This document shows positions 24,565-38,524 of a DNA stretch of 64,000 nucleotides, piece after piece (the first letter of the stretch is position 1; each line of letters starts with the position of its first letter). The notes under the pieces were generated by a model. That model was not told the DNA's origin. It ran no database searches and worked only from the letters and a program-made list of their open reading frames with translations. A program made the translations under genes and the position numbers. Source of the DNA: Heterodontus francisci (taxonomy: Eukaryota); NCBI RefSeq assembly GCF_036365525.1, contig NC_090401.1:42864683-42928682 (forward strand). Reading direction: 5' to 3'.

Positions 24565-26700
24565 ATAGAAACATAGAAAAATAGGAGCAGGAGTAGGCCA
24601 TTCGGCCCTTCGCGCCTGCACCACCATTCAATACTATCATGGCTGATCATCCAAACTCAGTACCCTGTTCCCGCTTTCTCCCGCTATCCCTTGATCCCTT
24701 TAGCCCTAAGAACTATATCTAACTCTTTCTTGAATATATTTAATGATTTGGCCTCAACTGCTTTCTTTGGTAGAGAATTCCACAGGTTGACCACTCTCTG
24801 GGTGAAGAAATCCCTCATCATCTCAGTCCTAAATGGCATACCCCTTATCCTTAGACTGTGACCCCTGGTCCTGGACTCCTCCGCCATCGGGAACATCCTT
24901 CCTGCATCTGGTCTGTCCAGTCCTGTTAGAATTTTGTAGGTTTCTATGAGATCCCTCTCATTCTTCTAAACTCTAGCGAATACAAGCCTAATCGACCCAG
25001 TCTCGTCATATGTCAGGCCTGCCATCCCAGAAATCAATCTGGTGAACCTTCGCTGCACTCCCTCCATAGCAAGAACATCCTTCCTCAGATAAGGAGACCA
25101 AAACTGCACACAATACTCCAGATGTGGTCTCACCAAGGCCTTATATAATTGCAGCAAAACATCCTTGCTCCTGTACTCAAATCCTCTCGCTATGAAGGTC
25201 AACATACCATTTGATTTCTTAACTGCCTGCTGCACCTGCATGCCTACTTTCAGCGAATGGTGCACAAGGACACCCAGGTCTTGCTGCACCTCCCCCTTGC
25301 CCAATCTATTGCCGTTCAGATAATCTGCCTTTCTGTTTTTGCCCTCACATTTATCCACATTATACTGTAACTGCCATGTTTTTGCCCACTCACTCAACCT
25401 GTCCAAATCACACTGGAGCTTCTCTGCATCCTCCTCACAGCTCACACTCTCACCCAGCTTTGTGTCGTCTGCAAACTTGGATATATTACATTTATTTCCC
25501 TCATCTGTATCATTAATATATATTGTGAATAGCTGGGGTCCTAGCACTGATCCCTGCAGTACCCCACTAGTCACTGCCTACCACTCGGAAAAAGACCCGT
25601 TTATTCCTACTCTTTGTTTCCTGTCTGCCAACCAGTTCTCTAACCATGTCAGTTAAACCCCAATCCCATGTGCTTTAATTTTGCGCTTAATCTCTTATGT
25701 GGGACCTTATCGAACTGAAAGTCCAAATACACCACATCCACTGTTTCTCCCTTATCTATTCTACTAGTTACATCCTCACAAAATTGCAGTAGATTTGTCA
25801 AGCACTATTTCCTTTTCATAAATCCATATTGACTTTGTCCGATCCTGTCATTGTTTTCCAAGTGCTCTGCTATTACAGCTTTTATAATGGACTGTAGCAT
25901 TTTCTCCACGACTGATGTCAGGCTAACTGGTCTATAATTCCCTGTTTTCTCTCTACTTCCATTTTTAAATAGTGGTGTTACATTAGCTACCCTCCAATCT
26001 GTTGGAACTGTTCCAGAGTCTATAGAATTTTGGAAAATGACCAGCAATGCATCTACTATTTCTCGGGCCACTTCCTTAAGTACTCTGGGATGTAGATTAT
26101 CAGGCCCTGGGGATTTATCGGCCTTCAGTCCCATCAGTTTCCCTAACACCATTTCCCCCCACTAATACTGATTTCATACAGTTCCTCCTCACTAGACCCT
26201 ATGTTCCCCTACATTTCTGGGAGGTAATTTGTGTCCTCCTTTGTAAAGACAGAACCGAAGTATGTATTTAATTGGTCTGCCATTTCTTTGTTCCCGTTTC
26301 TGACTGTAAGGGACCCACATTTGTCTTCGCTAATCTTTTTCTCTTCACATATCTATAGAAGCTTTTTCATTCTCTGCAAGCTTACTCTCATACTATATTT
26401 TACCCTTCTTAATCAATCCCTTTGTCCTCCTTTGCTGAATTCTAAACTGCTCCCAATCCTCAGGTTTGATGCTTATTCTGGCCATTTTATATTTCTCCTC
26501 CTTGGATCTAATACTATCCCTAATTTCTTTTGTAAGCCACTGTTCAGCCACCCTTCCTGTTTTATTTTTGCACCAGACAGGAATGAACAATTGTTGTAAT
26601 TCATCCATGCGCTCTTTAAATGCTAACCATTGCCTATCCACTGTCAACCCTTTAAGTAACATTCCCCAATTTATCACAGCCAACTCGCACCTCATACCAT
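24565..26700 (-). mobile_element. CR1 LINE, 5'-truncated (RT domain)
   Basis: SGVLQGSVLGPQLFTIYIND, KFADDTKL, KSPGPDNLHPRVLKE, NYRPVSLTS; atagaaacatagaaa tail. Confidence 0.92.
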
Positions 26701-27189
26701 ATAAGAGTAGAACCAGGTGAGGGCAGTTCCTTCCTGCTCAATTGAACATAGGTAGCGGAGGAGAGATGTTGGAGGAGGGTGGCATGGTCACCACGTCTAA
26801 GGCTGCAGAGTGAGAAGGATGAGAAGAGATAGATTAGCACGGTCTGTCACATAGGATATCATTTGTAACTTTGCTATGGGCCGTTTCAGTGATGTGGCAG
26901 GGGCCACAACCTGATTGCAGGGATTCAAACATGAAGCTGTGTGAAAGTTGGACACAAATTTGGGAGGCAACAGCACATTCAAGGATGCTTGAGAGCAAAG
27001 GGAGATTGGAAATGAGATGGTAGCTTGTAAGGGCAGAGGGATGAGGAGTGGGTATTTCAGAAGGGTGCAATGTTGGCAGATTTGAAGGGGAAGGGACAGT
27101 ACCCAAGGAGAGGGAACCGTTAACAATATAAGCTAACATGGGGGCCGGGAAGGGAAGTTGGGTGGTCAGGAGTTTGGTGGAAGTAGGTT

Positions 27190-27490
27190 GGGCGACCTCT
27201 ACCACCTCGAAGGACAAGAGCAGCAGATGCATGGGAACATCACCATCTGCAGGTTCCTATCCAAGTCACACACCATCCTGACTTGGAACTATATCGCCGC
27301 TCCTTCACTGTCGCTGGGTCAAAATCCTGGAACTCCCTTCCTAACAGCACTGTGGGTGTACCTACCTCCTAAGGACTGCAGCGGTTCAAGAAGGCAGCTC
27401 ACCACTAACTTCTCAAGGGCAATTAGGGATGGGCAATAAATGCTGGCATAGCCAGTGATGCCCACATCCCATGAATGAATAAAAAAAAGA
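27190..27490 (+). mobile_element. 3' end of a second CR1-like LINE family (tail gggcaataaatgctgg...atgaatgaataaaaaa)
   Basis: Same sequence as 34795-35092 and 51425-51696. Confidence 0.75.
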
Positions 27491-28297
27491 GGTGGGTCTC
27501 ATGGACAAGATGTGCTAAAGAAAGATGTGAGTTCAGGACTAGTGCAGGTGGAACCTTGGGGGATGTTTGGCCTAGACCACAACAGAAGCAGTTGGTCTCA
27601 ATCTTAATAACAAAGATAACTTGTTAGTGAGGGTGGAGGAGACAGGAGGGAGGGTTTGAGACAACAGTTTGTACTAGAGAAGTCCGGACTTATCTTTGCA
27701 TTCCAAAATGATCCGCGAGTAGTAAGCAGTTTGGCAGAGGAGAGCAGTGCTTTATGTGGTCCAGCTAGGTCTGGTGATGAATAGCTAAATCAATTGTCTG
27801 CCATAAACATTCAAGTCTTAGACCCTTGAACTTAAAAAAGTTGAGATAAGCAGAGAGTCCAGGGAGAATGACCAGGGTGAGAGAGAGTGTATTGGTATTA
27901 CTAGGGACAAGGGCATTGAAGGTGTGGGTGTGATTGAGCAGATCATAGTTGTAGAAGTATCATGGTAAACGGGAGAGCCAAAGGCTGGATGGTTGGGAAT
28001 TTGAAAGAGCAGTTGTAAGTGAAGTGGAAGACTTTTTTCCCCCTAGGGTGAGCGCAGAAGGAAATAGGGTTGGGAGGGGGAAGGGGGCTGTGGGTAGAGA
28101 GCGATACAAGAAAGTGATCGGAGATGGCCTTACTTCTGACACAATGGGAGTAGAGAGGCCACATGAGTTGAAGTAGAGGGCGTGGCTGTGAATTATGGGT
28201 TAGGAGGGTTTATTTGGAGGGCAAGATTAAGGTAGGACAGGAGGGTAGTGAACGCAGGAGAGCGAGCATGAGTTGAGATGAAACTGTTAACATGATA

Positions 28298-28938
28298 AAT
28301 GTGTCCTCGGTACCTTGCTCTACGGCAGCGAGGCCTGGACAACATATGCCAGCCAAGAGCGACATCTCAATTCATTCCATCTTCGCTGCCTCCGGAGAAT
28401 CCTTGGCATCAGGTGACAGGACCGTATCTCCAACACACAAGTCCTCGAGGCGGCCAACATCCCCAGCATATACACCCCACTAAGCCAGCAGTGCCTGAAA
28501 TGGCTTGGCCATGTGAGCCGCATGGAAGATGGCAGGATCCCCAAGGACACATTGTACAGCGAGCTCGTCACTGGTATCAGACCCACCGGCCGTCCTTGTC
28601 TCCGCTTTAAAGACGTCTGCAAACACGACATGAAGTCCTGTGACATTGAACACAAGTCGTGTGCTAGCTATCACCAGAGCTGGCAGGCAACCATAAAGGC
28701 GGGGCTAAAGCGTGGCGAGTCGAAGAGACTTAGCAGTTGGCAGGAAAAAATACAGAAGCGCAAGGGGAGAGCCAACTGCGTAACAGCCCCGACAACCAAT
28801 TTTATCTGCAGCACCTGTGGAAGAGACTGTCACTCTAGAATTGGCCTTTATAGCCACTCCAGGTGCTGCTTCACAAACCACTGACCACCTCCAGGCGCTT
28901 ACCCATTGTCTCTCGAGACAAGGAGGCCAAAGAGAAAG
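28298..28938 (+). mobile_element. RTE (BovB-like) LINE 3' fragment
   Basis: RMEDGRIPKDTLYSEL...RPTGRPCLRFKD and a C-terminal CSTCGRDCHSRIGLYSH zinc finger. Same family as 60282-62011. Confidence 0.9.
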
Positions 28939-29838
28939 ATAATATTAAACATTTTTGTTCTGTCCTATACTTTTTAATAACATTTGCAGTTACTTATGAT
29001 GAAGTTTTACAATGAATCCCGATGTTGAGCTTTCAGCCTGGATTTTATGATCTTGTTATTTTAACACCAGCTTCATCTTCCAGCATTAAAACAGACCAAT
29101 CTGAAACTATGGGCTGTTCAAACACACACCCAATACAAGCTGCATACTTTTCATTTACCAATCTGTCACTTTGTAAAATGTGTTTAGTTCCCTTGGAGAA
29201 ATCCTGCTCCACATTGGATCGAACCACAGCTTTTGATGAACTGTTCTGCAACAATTAGCCTTTCACAGTATTATCTAAAATCTTGTCTGTTGTGTCAAAG
29301 AATTCATACAAAATCTAAAACTTGCTTATATTTAAAGTGAAAAGATACTGATTTAACAAACAGCAATTTCTACCCAAAAATTCTGTGTTGGTAAAAAAAA
29401 AATGCTTGTTTGAACAGAGGGGGTCAGGTGGACTCTGGATCCCTCAGTGGTGATAGGAGGTGGGTTGCTGGAGGGGTGAAGTCAGGGACTTTGACGCTTC
29501 CCTCTTAGCTCATGCTTCCTAATAACCTCACGCATGTACCCCTCCACTCCCCTCTCTTCCAGTCTGAGACTGCTACAGCCTGTTTCCAATGCAAAATATT
29601 CAGTTAAGATCCACCCAACCAGGTCTTTCACTTCGGTCAGTGTGAAGCTAAACACAGGCCCCAGGGGTAAGAGGTCAGTGTTCCGATGTGGCGCTTTCCT
29701 TTTGCTCTGGAAATAGAACCTTTACCCAAGTGTCAGGCCTTTGTTGTAGTGTCTGTGCGGCGACTGAACAAAAATAGGTTTAATGCAGCTTAATGCAAGG
29801 ACAATGAACCACAGCAACACAACAGCTCGTGGCTCGAC

Positions 29839-29844
29839 TTTATT
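29839..29844 (-). terminator. Probable NUDC polyadenylation signal
   Basis: tttatt (AATAAA on the minus strand) ~1.05 kb downstream of the NUDC stop, with U-rich flanks on the minus strand. Confidence 0.55.
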
Positions 29845-30894
29845 GAGTAATGAATTCCAGCATCATATCCAAACAAATTAAAAATAAACATAAAACATAC
29901 TCCATGAGGGCTAGTGCTGCACTCACTGATTTATCTAGCCACCCTGTTACTGACCTGGAAACATTGAGACAAGGAAATGGAGAGCAACGACCCTGATATT
30001 TACAACACTTTGGCCTTCACCTGGCACTGCGTGACAGTTCAATCAACCAGACACGGCTTCAAAACCCAGCACAAAGTAGCCCGTCTGAAAGCAGCATATG
30101 TGCCAATATGGATGTGACTGGGCAAGAACATATAGGGTAACCAGGAAGAAACAGCACTCAGTAAAACACATCCGAACACAAGTTCACCCCGTTTCCACTT
30201 TTTCAGAAGGTGAAGTTTTCTTGGCATTCACTGAAAGCTTCAGTACAGAGTGAAAGGGAGGGTGTCTAATATGATTCATTTGCATAACATGTTGGTGTCA
30301 AAATAAGTTACTGACACACAGAATACCTTATCTGAAATCAGTGGGCAGCAAGGGGAAATAAAGGACCATCAAGCATGTTCTGGACAGCTCCCGTTACACA
30401 ATATTTTTCAGCAGGATGCTATCAAACTCACTTGGAAAATGACATAAGAGACTTAAACACATACATAAAGAGAGATTATCTGATCAGCCCTGTAGAGAGA
30501 CAATGATGATAGGGGTGATAGCAACACCCATTGCGCATTTCCCTCGGTTACTATCTGGCAATCACCAGTAGGAAAGGTTAAATGTAATTAAACATTCAAT
30601 CCTGTTTACAGTGAGCTGGGAAACTAGCAACACCAAAAGGTGCTTAGGTGGTCATCTGAGGTCAGCCATAAAATGCAATAACGCGGTTAATGGGCAACCC
30701 ATGGGTGCCAGCATGGTGACTGCACTGCAGGTGCCAGGTGCACGATTGCTCTCCACATAATGAATAACCTGAATGATGTACAAGCTCAGAAACCAGGATG
30801 CAGAGCACTATGCAATGCTCAAAGGGAGTCGTTCCTGCAGAAACTCTTCCAACAGTCTGAGTATCCCCTTCAGCCCCAGGGCAGACGCGTATTT

Positions 30895-30946
30895 TTAACT
30901 GAACTTGGCCTTTGAGAAGTCCATCTCTGGGTGTTGCTCCATGAAC
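30895..30946 (-). CDS. NUDC: NudC nuclear distribution protein, exon 9 (stop codon)
   Basis: cag|G TTC...; encodes (K)FMEQHPEMDFSKAKFS*, the NUDC C-terminus. Phase fits exon 8. Confidence 0.95.
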
Positions 30947-32254
30947 CTGCAGAATGTGGCAAAGGAGGAATAGATCCGGCTTACAAGTCTCAAAGTATCA
31001 ACAATTCACTTTTATCAAGTGTCTTTAACAGAACGATCAGATTCAGGGCTACCAATCTGATTTTTAGCCCCCCTACTACTGAGACCAGCTTAACTCTGCA
31101 GAGCAGAACTCCAAGCACAGCTGTTTGATCAGTGTGTGACTATCAGCTGAGGCAGCACATGCTGCAACCTGTAGTCAGACAGCAGGGTCTGATCAAAGTT
31201 CTTTCAAGCAATGGACACATACACATCTGTACTTATTCTAGTAAAGAGGGTGCTGGAAATCCAAATGCTGGAAACGCTCAGCAGATCAAGCAGTGTCAGA
31301 ATTAATGTTTTCTGTGTGTCCTTCAAAGCTGGAGGGCTTTCCAGATGAACAGCATTTAAAAATGAATGGAAGGAAGGAAAGGGGAAAGACAAACAGATTG
31401 AAGAAATGGACTTGAAAGTGCATGCGCAAAACAAGAGATAGCTAAGTGACCAAAGCTGGAGGACGTCACAGGTGAACAGTTTGGTGAGAGATAGCAAAAA
31501 GAAGAAAGTAGTCTAGAAAATCGGGAGGCCTCATAGGGACTTACCCTGTGCAGGGTAATAACCCTGCACATAAATGGCAGCATCCATGGAGCCTCTGATA
31601 TTGGGCCTTAGACACGAGAGACAGTGCAGCATGAGGAGGCCACACAGTCAGTTTGAGTCACGGGGGTAACTGATCTATGGCTCAGGATGGGGGTGGCAGA
31701 AATCGGGGGTTGGGACCAGAAACTTAAGAATGGTGCTGGGAAGGGGAGCCTCTTGCTTCAGGATATCCAGGTGAAGGGAAACACACACACACACAGATCA
31801 GGGCCTCGTGTCTGGAGGTTGCATTTGAGGCAGATGGTGGGGGAGATTGGGCAGGGCAATCGGGTGGATGGTTTACAGGTGAATTACTCATCTTCTCTGT
31901 TGCAGGCGATCCCTACGCCTGATGTAGCCACGAGGGCGCTGGCTGCCTTGGGGCAAACCAATGTTGCAGTGGGGACCTGAACCAGGAGTTAGGTGCTTTA
32001 TTTACAGAAAGCCTAATGCCTGGTTCATGCAAAGGTAAAGGGCCCTATTGTTAGTCTTTACTCCGTATAGTGGATGACTCACTTCCTGCCCGCCATTCTG
32101 GAGCCTTAAGCAATCCAATTTCTAAGCAAGAGTATGTGGATGTCTTTGCGTGTCTGTGTGCATGTACCTGTATCAGTCTGTGCATACATGTATGTAACTG
32201 TGTGTGTGCATGCCTGTGCGTGCTCCTGTTCTACTGCAATTTCTTTCTGTTCCA

Positions 32255-32350
32255 AAGAGGGATCCAAACCTGAAACGTTAACACTGTTTCTCTCCTCACA
32301 AACACTGCCTGACCTGTTGAGTATTTCCAGCATTCTCTGTTTTAGTTTTG
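32255..32350 (+). mobile_element. Degenerate Penelope-like pLTR/hammerhead fragment
   Basis: gttccaaagagggatccaaacctgaaacgttaacactg...cctgacctgttgagtatttccagcatt. Confidence 0.65.
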
Positions 32351-33084
32351 ATATTTATTGTATCTGTTCAGATCTCCCTTCTACAAAATGCAGGTTCTAA
32401 TGTCCAATGTCACAGCAGGAAAGATTTTTGTTCTATTTCAAATTGAGCTCAGTCCGAGCTGTGTGATTGCAGAAACAGGATTCAGCAGTCTGCTGGTGGA
32501 TTCATTCTGCTGTTACAGCACCTTCCAGCAACTCCACAATCAGACCAAAGACAAGGTCACAGCTTATAGCTTCATTAATCTTTGACTATCAAGGAGGCAG
32601 AGTAATCCGAAAAATAGCACATTGCAACACGAGTATCGACCTGATTGAGAAACCATCCATATCCACAGGAGACACTTTATCCATTACATTCCCAATTCTT
32701 GTGTTGGGAATGCCAGAGAATTGCTGCACATCCCATCCACTCAACTCAAACCCCTTACACACCCACAAGCCCCCACAACACCAGGGAACTGCTGCATAAC
32801 CCATCCATTCAACTCCAATCCTAAATAATTTCACAGATATTTACAAGCCAGGAGACAGACATTCTGTACGTTCTAACTCAAGTTAGGGAAAAGGTCCTAC
32901 AGTCAGTGCCAAGCATGGTATCTGCACTCAACAGATCAGAATGTGCTGCTCTGACTGCTGATCTGCGCAGTGGTGGTAGCATGGGGGTCATTAGAGGGCT
33001 GCACCACCTCTGGACTGTGGGACGGAAACTACACCATAGCAATGTAACTCAGTAAGAGCCATGCCCATTGAAACATATTACCCA

Positions 33085-33500
33085 TAACAACTTGCATTTA
33101 TATAGTGCCTTTAACATAGTAAAAAAAAATCCCATGGCACTTCACCAGAACGATTTTAAACAAAATTTGACACCGAGCCACATAAGCTTATGTTAGGACA
33201 GATAACTGAAAGCTTTGTTAAAGAGCTAGGCTTTAAGGGCATCTTAGAGGAAAGACAGGTAGAGAGGAAGAGAGTTTTACGGAAGGAATTCCAGAGTTTA
33301 GCGCCTAGGCAGCTGAAGGCACAGCTGCCAACGGTGATACAATTAAAATCGGGGATGTGCAAAAGGCCAGGATTGGAGGAGTGCCTAGACCTCACAGGGT
33401 TGTAGGGCTGGAGAAGGTTATGGAGATAGGGAGGGGGCAAAGTCATGGAATGATTTGGAAAAAAGGATGAAAGTACTAAAATTGAGGCATTACCAGACCA
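33085..33500 (-). mobile_element. L2 LINE 3' fragment
   Basis: Tail aacaacttgcatttatatagtgcctttaac; translation PPYLHNLLQPYNP...AFSCLGAKLWNS. Confidence 0.75.
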
Positions 33501-33519
33501 GCTTACTTGTAAACCATGC

Positions 33520-35655
33520 CCATATTTTCAAAAGGCATTTAATAAAGTGACATGCAAGAGGTCGTTACACAATATTAAGGCTCATGGAATTGGGGATAAT
33601 ATATTAGCATGGATTGAGCATTGGTTAACAGACAGAAAACAAGAGAGTAGTATTAAAGAGGTCATTTCAAGTTGCAACTAGTACAGTGCCACAAGGTTCA
33701 GTGCTTGGGTCTCAGCTATTTGCAATCTATAACAATGGCATGGACGAGGGGCCTGAGCGTAACATATCCAAGTTTGCTGATGCGACAAAGTTGGGTGAGA
33801 AAGTTAGCTGTAACGGGGATGCAAAGGGATATAAATAGGTTGTTAGTGGGCAAGCAGGGGATTGATGGAGTATAATGTGGGGAAATGTGCAATTATACAC
33901 TTTGGTAGGAAGAAAGATTTGGGTGTCCTTGTACACTACTGACAACGTTAACATGCTGGTACAGCAAGCAATGGTATGTTTGTTTTTATTGCTAGGGGAT
34001 TGGAGTATTTTTTCTAATTTGTTCATGGGATGTGGGCTTTGCTGGCAAGACCAGCATTTATTGCCCATCCCCAATTGCCCTCAAGAAGATGTTGGTAAGC
34101 CACCTTCCTGAACTGCTGCAGTCCATGTGGTGTCAGTATACCCACAGTGCTGTTAGGGAGGAAGTTCCAGGATCTTGACCCAATGACAGTAAAAGACCAG
34201 CGATATATTTCCAAGTCAGGGTGGCGTGCGACTTGGAGGAGACCTTGAAGGTGTTGGTGTTCCCATGCATCTGCTGCCCTTGTTATTTAGGTGGTAGAGA
34301 TTTGAAAGGCACTGTCAAAGGAGTCTTGGCAAGTTGCTGCAGTGCACACACTGCTGCTATGGTGCACCAGTGGTGGAAGGAGTGAATATTTAAGGTGGTA
34401 AATGGGGTGCCAATCAAGCAGCTGCTTTGTCTTGAATGATGTCGAGCTTCTTGAGTGCTGTTGCAGCTGCATTCATCCAGGCAAGTGGGGAGTATTCTAT
34501 CACACTCCTGACTTGGGCGTTGTAGATGAAGGACAGACTTTGGGGAGTAAGCAGAGTTACTTGCTGCAGAATCCCTGCCTTTGACCTGCTCTTGTAGCCA
34601 CAGTATTTATGTGGCCGGTGCAGTTAAGTTTCTGGTCAATGGAAACTCCCTCGGATGTTGATGGAGGAGGATTCAGCGATGGTAATGCCGTTGAATGTCA
34701 AGCGGAAATGGTTATCTTATCTCTTGTTGGAGATGGTCATTGCCTGGCACTAGTGTAACACAAATGTTGCTTGCTTCGACAGAACCTTTCAAACCAGTGA
34801 CCTCTACCACCTAGAAGGTCAAGGGCAGCAGGCACACGGGAACACAACCACCTGAAAGATCCCCTCCAAGCCGCACACCATCCTGACTTGGAAATATATC
34901 ACTGTTTCTTCACTGCTGTTGGGACAAAGTCCTGGAGCTTCCTCCCTAACAACACTGCGAGTGTACCTACACCACATAGACTGTAGCAGTTCAAGAAGGT
35001 GGCCACCCACCACCTTCTCAAAGACAGTAAGGGATGGGTAATAAATGCTGGTCTTGCAAGTAACATTCACATCTCATGAACAAACAAAAAAAGTAAGGAA
35101 GTCTTGCTGCATTTATGTGGAGTTTTGGTGAGACCACACCTGGAGCATAGTGTGCAGTTTTGGTCTCCTTATCTAAGGAAGGATGTACTTTCCTTAGCAG
35201 AGGTACAAGAAAGGTTCACTAGATTGATTCCAGAGATGCCCTATGAGAAGAGCTCTATTCTCTGAAGTTTAGAAGATTGAGAGGTGATCTCATTGAAACA
35301 TATCAATTTTTTTTTTTTTAGAGGGCTTGACAGGGTATACACTAAAAGGGCATTTCACCTGGCTTGGACAGTCTAGAATTAGGGATCACAGCCTCAGGAT
35401 AAGAGGTCGGTGGTCATTTAGGACTGAGATTTCCTCACTCAGAGGGTTGTAAACATTTGGAATTCTCTACGCGAGAGGGTTGTGGATGCTCAGACATCGA
35501 GTATGTTTGAGACTGAAATTGTTAGATTTTTTGACACAAAGGAAATCATGGTGATAGGACAGAAAAGTGGATTTGAGATAGAAGATCAGCCATGAATGGC
35601 ACAGCAGGCTCAAGGGGCTGTATGGTCTAATCCTGCTCTTATTTACGCTCTTATG
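33520..35655 (+). mobile_element. CR1 LINE fragment interrupted at ~34008-35092 by two head-to-head CR1-like 3' fragments
   Basis: The CR1 reading RGLEY|KSKEVLL is split by the insert. The insert carries the family 3' tail at both ends (minus copy ~34010-34770, plus copy ~34775-35092). Confidence 0.75.
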
Positions 35656-36289
35656 TAAGTTTACAATGTGTGAACAGTTTAGAGCATGGTTCAGATAGGC
35701 AATTACAGGAGAAAGTACAAGAGCATTCAGATAAGATTGATATAGATTGACAGGCTCCTGTTAGACACCCACAGAATGAAGAGCTAACTTGTGGTCTCCA
35801 GTGTTACCTGGTACCTGCTACATTTCTTTATTGTAACAATTCATTCTTAGAAATCAGCCAAGTGGATTAGGACAAGTCTCTTTACTACCCAGGCACATGG
35901 TCACATACCTATATATACACAATGATACCCCGAGCAATTGCAGTTACCGCTGCATGGGCACATTACTGCAAGTTAAAGCACTGCTTTACATAACCCAGGC
36001 AGAAAAGGTTCTTTTCATTTAGTAAAATTGCAAATGTCACATCTAAAGAGAAAAATAATTAGCTTGCATACTTACATTTTTGGAAGTTTTAAGCAATATA
36101 TTTCTCTTGGGTTCAGTAACAATACCCACCCCTGTGGACTGATTTCACAACACCGCCCACCCAAAGCAAACTGTGCCTTTTAGTCACATATTGGCATGTA
36201 AGGGTCTGGCTTATTGAACCACGTAATGTTCCTCTCCGGTGGGTCGATGGACGTACATTCTAACCGACTGCAGCTCAGGTTCAGGAGCA

Positions 36290-37100
36290 CACAGACAGAC
36301 CGGTGAAATGGGCAGACACATGGCAGATGCAATTTAATGTAGAGAAGTGACTCATTATGGTAGGGAGAATGAGAAAAGGCGATATAAATAAATGGTACAA
36401 TTTTAAAGGAGTGTAGGAACAGAAAGACCTGGGTGTGTTTGTGCAGGACAAATTGAGAAGACTGTTAAAAAGGCATATAGGATCAATAAACAGAGACATA
36501 CAGCACAAAAGCAAGGAAGTTATGCTAAACCTCTATAAAGCAGCAGTTAGTCCCCAGCTGGAATTTTGTGTCCAATTCTGGGAAACACACTTTAGGAAGG
36601 ATGTCAAGGTCTTAGAGGGTGCAAAGGACATTTACTGAAATGGTTCCAGAGATGAGGGACTTCAGTAACCTGAAAAGGCTAGAGAAGCTGGGGTTATTCC
36701 TCTTAAAGTAGAGATGTTTAAGAGAAGATTTAATAGAGATTTTCAAAATCATGAAGGGTTTTGTTAAGAGCAAATAGGGAGAAACTGTCTCCAGTGGAAG
36801 AAGGATCAGTAATCCGAGGGCACAGATTTAAGTTAATTGGCAAAATAACCAGAGGCAACAGGGAGAATTTTACTTTTACACAGCAAGTGGTTGTGATTTG
36901 GGATGCACTGTCTGCAAGAGTGGTAGAAGCAGATCCAATAGTAACTTTCAAAAAGGAATTGGGTATATACTTGAAGGTGAAAAAAATTGCAGAGCTATGG
37001 AGAAACAGCAGGGGAAGTGGGACTAATTGGACAGTGTTTTCAAAGAGCTGACACAGGCACAATGGGCCAAATGGTCTCCTTATGTGCTGCATGATTCTAG
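36290..37100 (+). mobile_element. CR1 LINE 3' fragment
   Basis: KEVMLNLYK...QLEFCVQFW; RGHRFKLIGK. Confidence 0.8.
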
Positions 37101-38524
37101 GTCTATTTATTGAACATTAAACAGGTAAATGAATGGTATTTAATGCAGAATTTGATTACAAACTTTACTAATTTCCTCAAAATGTCAAAACATCACACCT
37201 TTCCTATGCTACTCCTCAGCATGACACTGATTCCTGAAATACTGATTTGATTTGTTACGTGGTGAAATGCTGCCATAGAACTGCTGATGAGCCCAGTGTC
37301 TCTAATGGCTTCAGAACAACTGCTGACCGGCAGAGAGTCAGCCTCGGATATACCATTCAAGCACTTTCAAAGGACGTTCAGTAACTGAATTCCTCAACAT
37401 TAGGTGCTCAGTCATTCACAGGATTCCTAACAAGAGAACAGTTGTGAGTCAAGTGTGGATTTCCTGTGAGCCAGTGGATCACAGGTCCTGACAGGCTAGC
37501 AGGGGTTCATTCTTCAGCTGAACCCAGCTTTATCCTGTAGGTACCATTACAAAAAGGCAAGAAGCCAATAATACAAAACCACAGGTAAAACTGCTTTGTG
37601 TTTGTAACATTTCCCCCCACCCTTTCCAGAACAGCGCTTCATGCATGAGTCGTGCTTCAGTGCATCTCATGGTTGCAATGTCAGAAGCCCATCATCCATC
37701 CCCCAGGTCTGTGCCCCTTGGCTAAACCACTTCAAACTGCCAGCTGTTTGGCAAAGTCCATGCAGATCAGCTATCTCCGTGGTTTTGTGTGCTGAATGCA
37801 AAGCTTGCTCTACTCCTGGTAGTGTATGGATCATCTGCCTACTCTACCCTTGTCTTAAATTAGGCTGAAATTGCATGGCACCTCATGCAGTACAAAACGT
37901 GCTAAAATAAAAATTCAGTGACAGAGTAGCTGAACACCAGGCCCAGGCAAGTGCCTCTTTAACTTGCACGATGCTGTAGGAGCTTGCCCTGCCTTCCCCA
38001 AGTTCTCTGGCAGGGTCAGCTAGCTGTAGTGGCTTCAGTACCAACATCAACCCCAATGGGAAGACAAACCTTCCTAAAGATCAGCATCTGTTGGCTTTGT
38101 GACCCATTTTGCCACATTTTAAATACCCTGTCTGTCCTCTCCCTTATGTCACCTGCTTGATTTACTGACGCCAGGCAGAGGCTTAACTACTGACTCACCA
38201 GCCTGGGTCACCCCCTCCTCCCTCATTGGGAAAGACTTCCACGAACCAACTTGACTTGACAAAATTCGAAAATGTCATATTGGGCTCGCTAAGATGTTGA
38301 ACTGCATTTTTGTTCTAATTCATTTCATTACTTTAAACACCACAGTTCAGACACAAGCAGTTGTAACAATGTAGAATCAGGTCTTTAATGAGACATCACA
38401 CTTCAAAATCCAGTATGTGTTCTCAGGTACATCACATTTCATGATTCCAGTATGAATAGGTGGGTCTTTATTGAACTCATATCTTATAAACCAGTATGCT
38501 CAGGTCTCACACACTTCACAACAC

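Larger units (their letters stand above)
23540..28290 (-). mobile_element. Old L2 LINE acting as host for nested CR1 and CR1-like insertions
   Basis: L2 tail acaacaactactttcatttatatagcacctttaac at ~23540. L2 ORF2 remnants (FKIRILVFKTLHGL; ISNLPLLSSILE; LQSG) flank 24570-26700 and 27190-27490. Confidence 0.65.
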
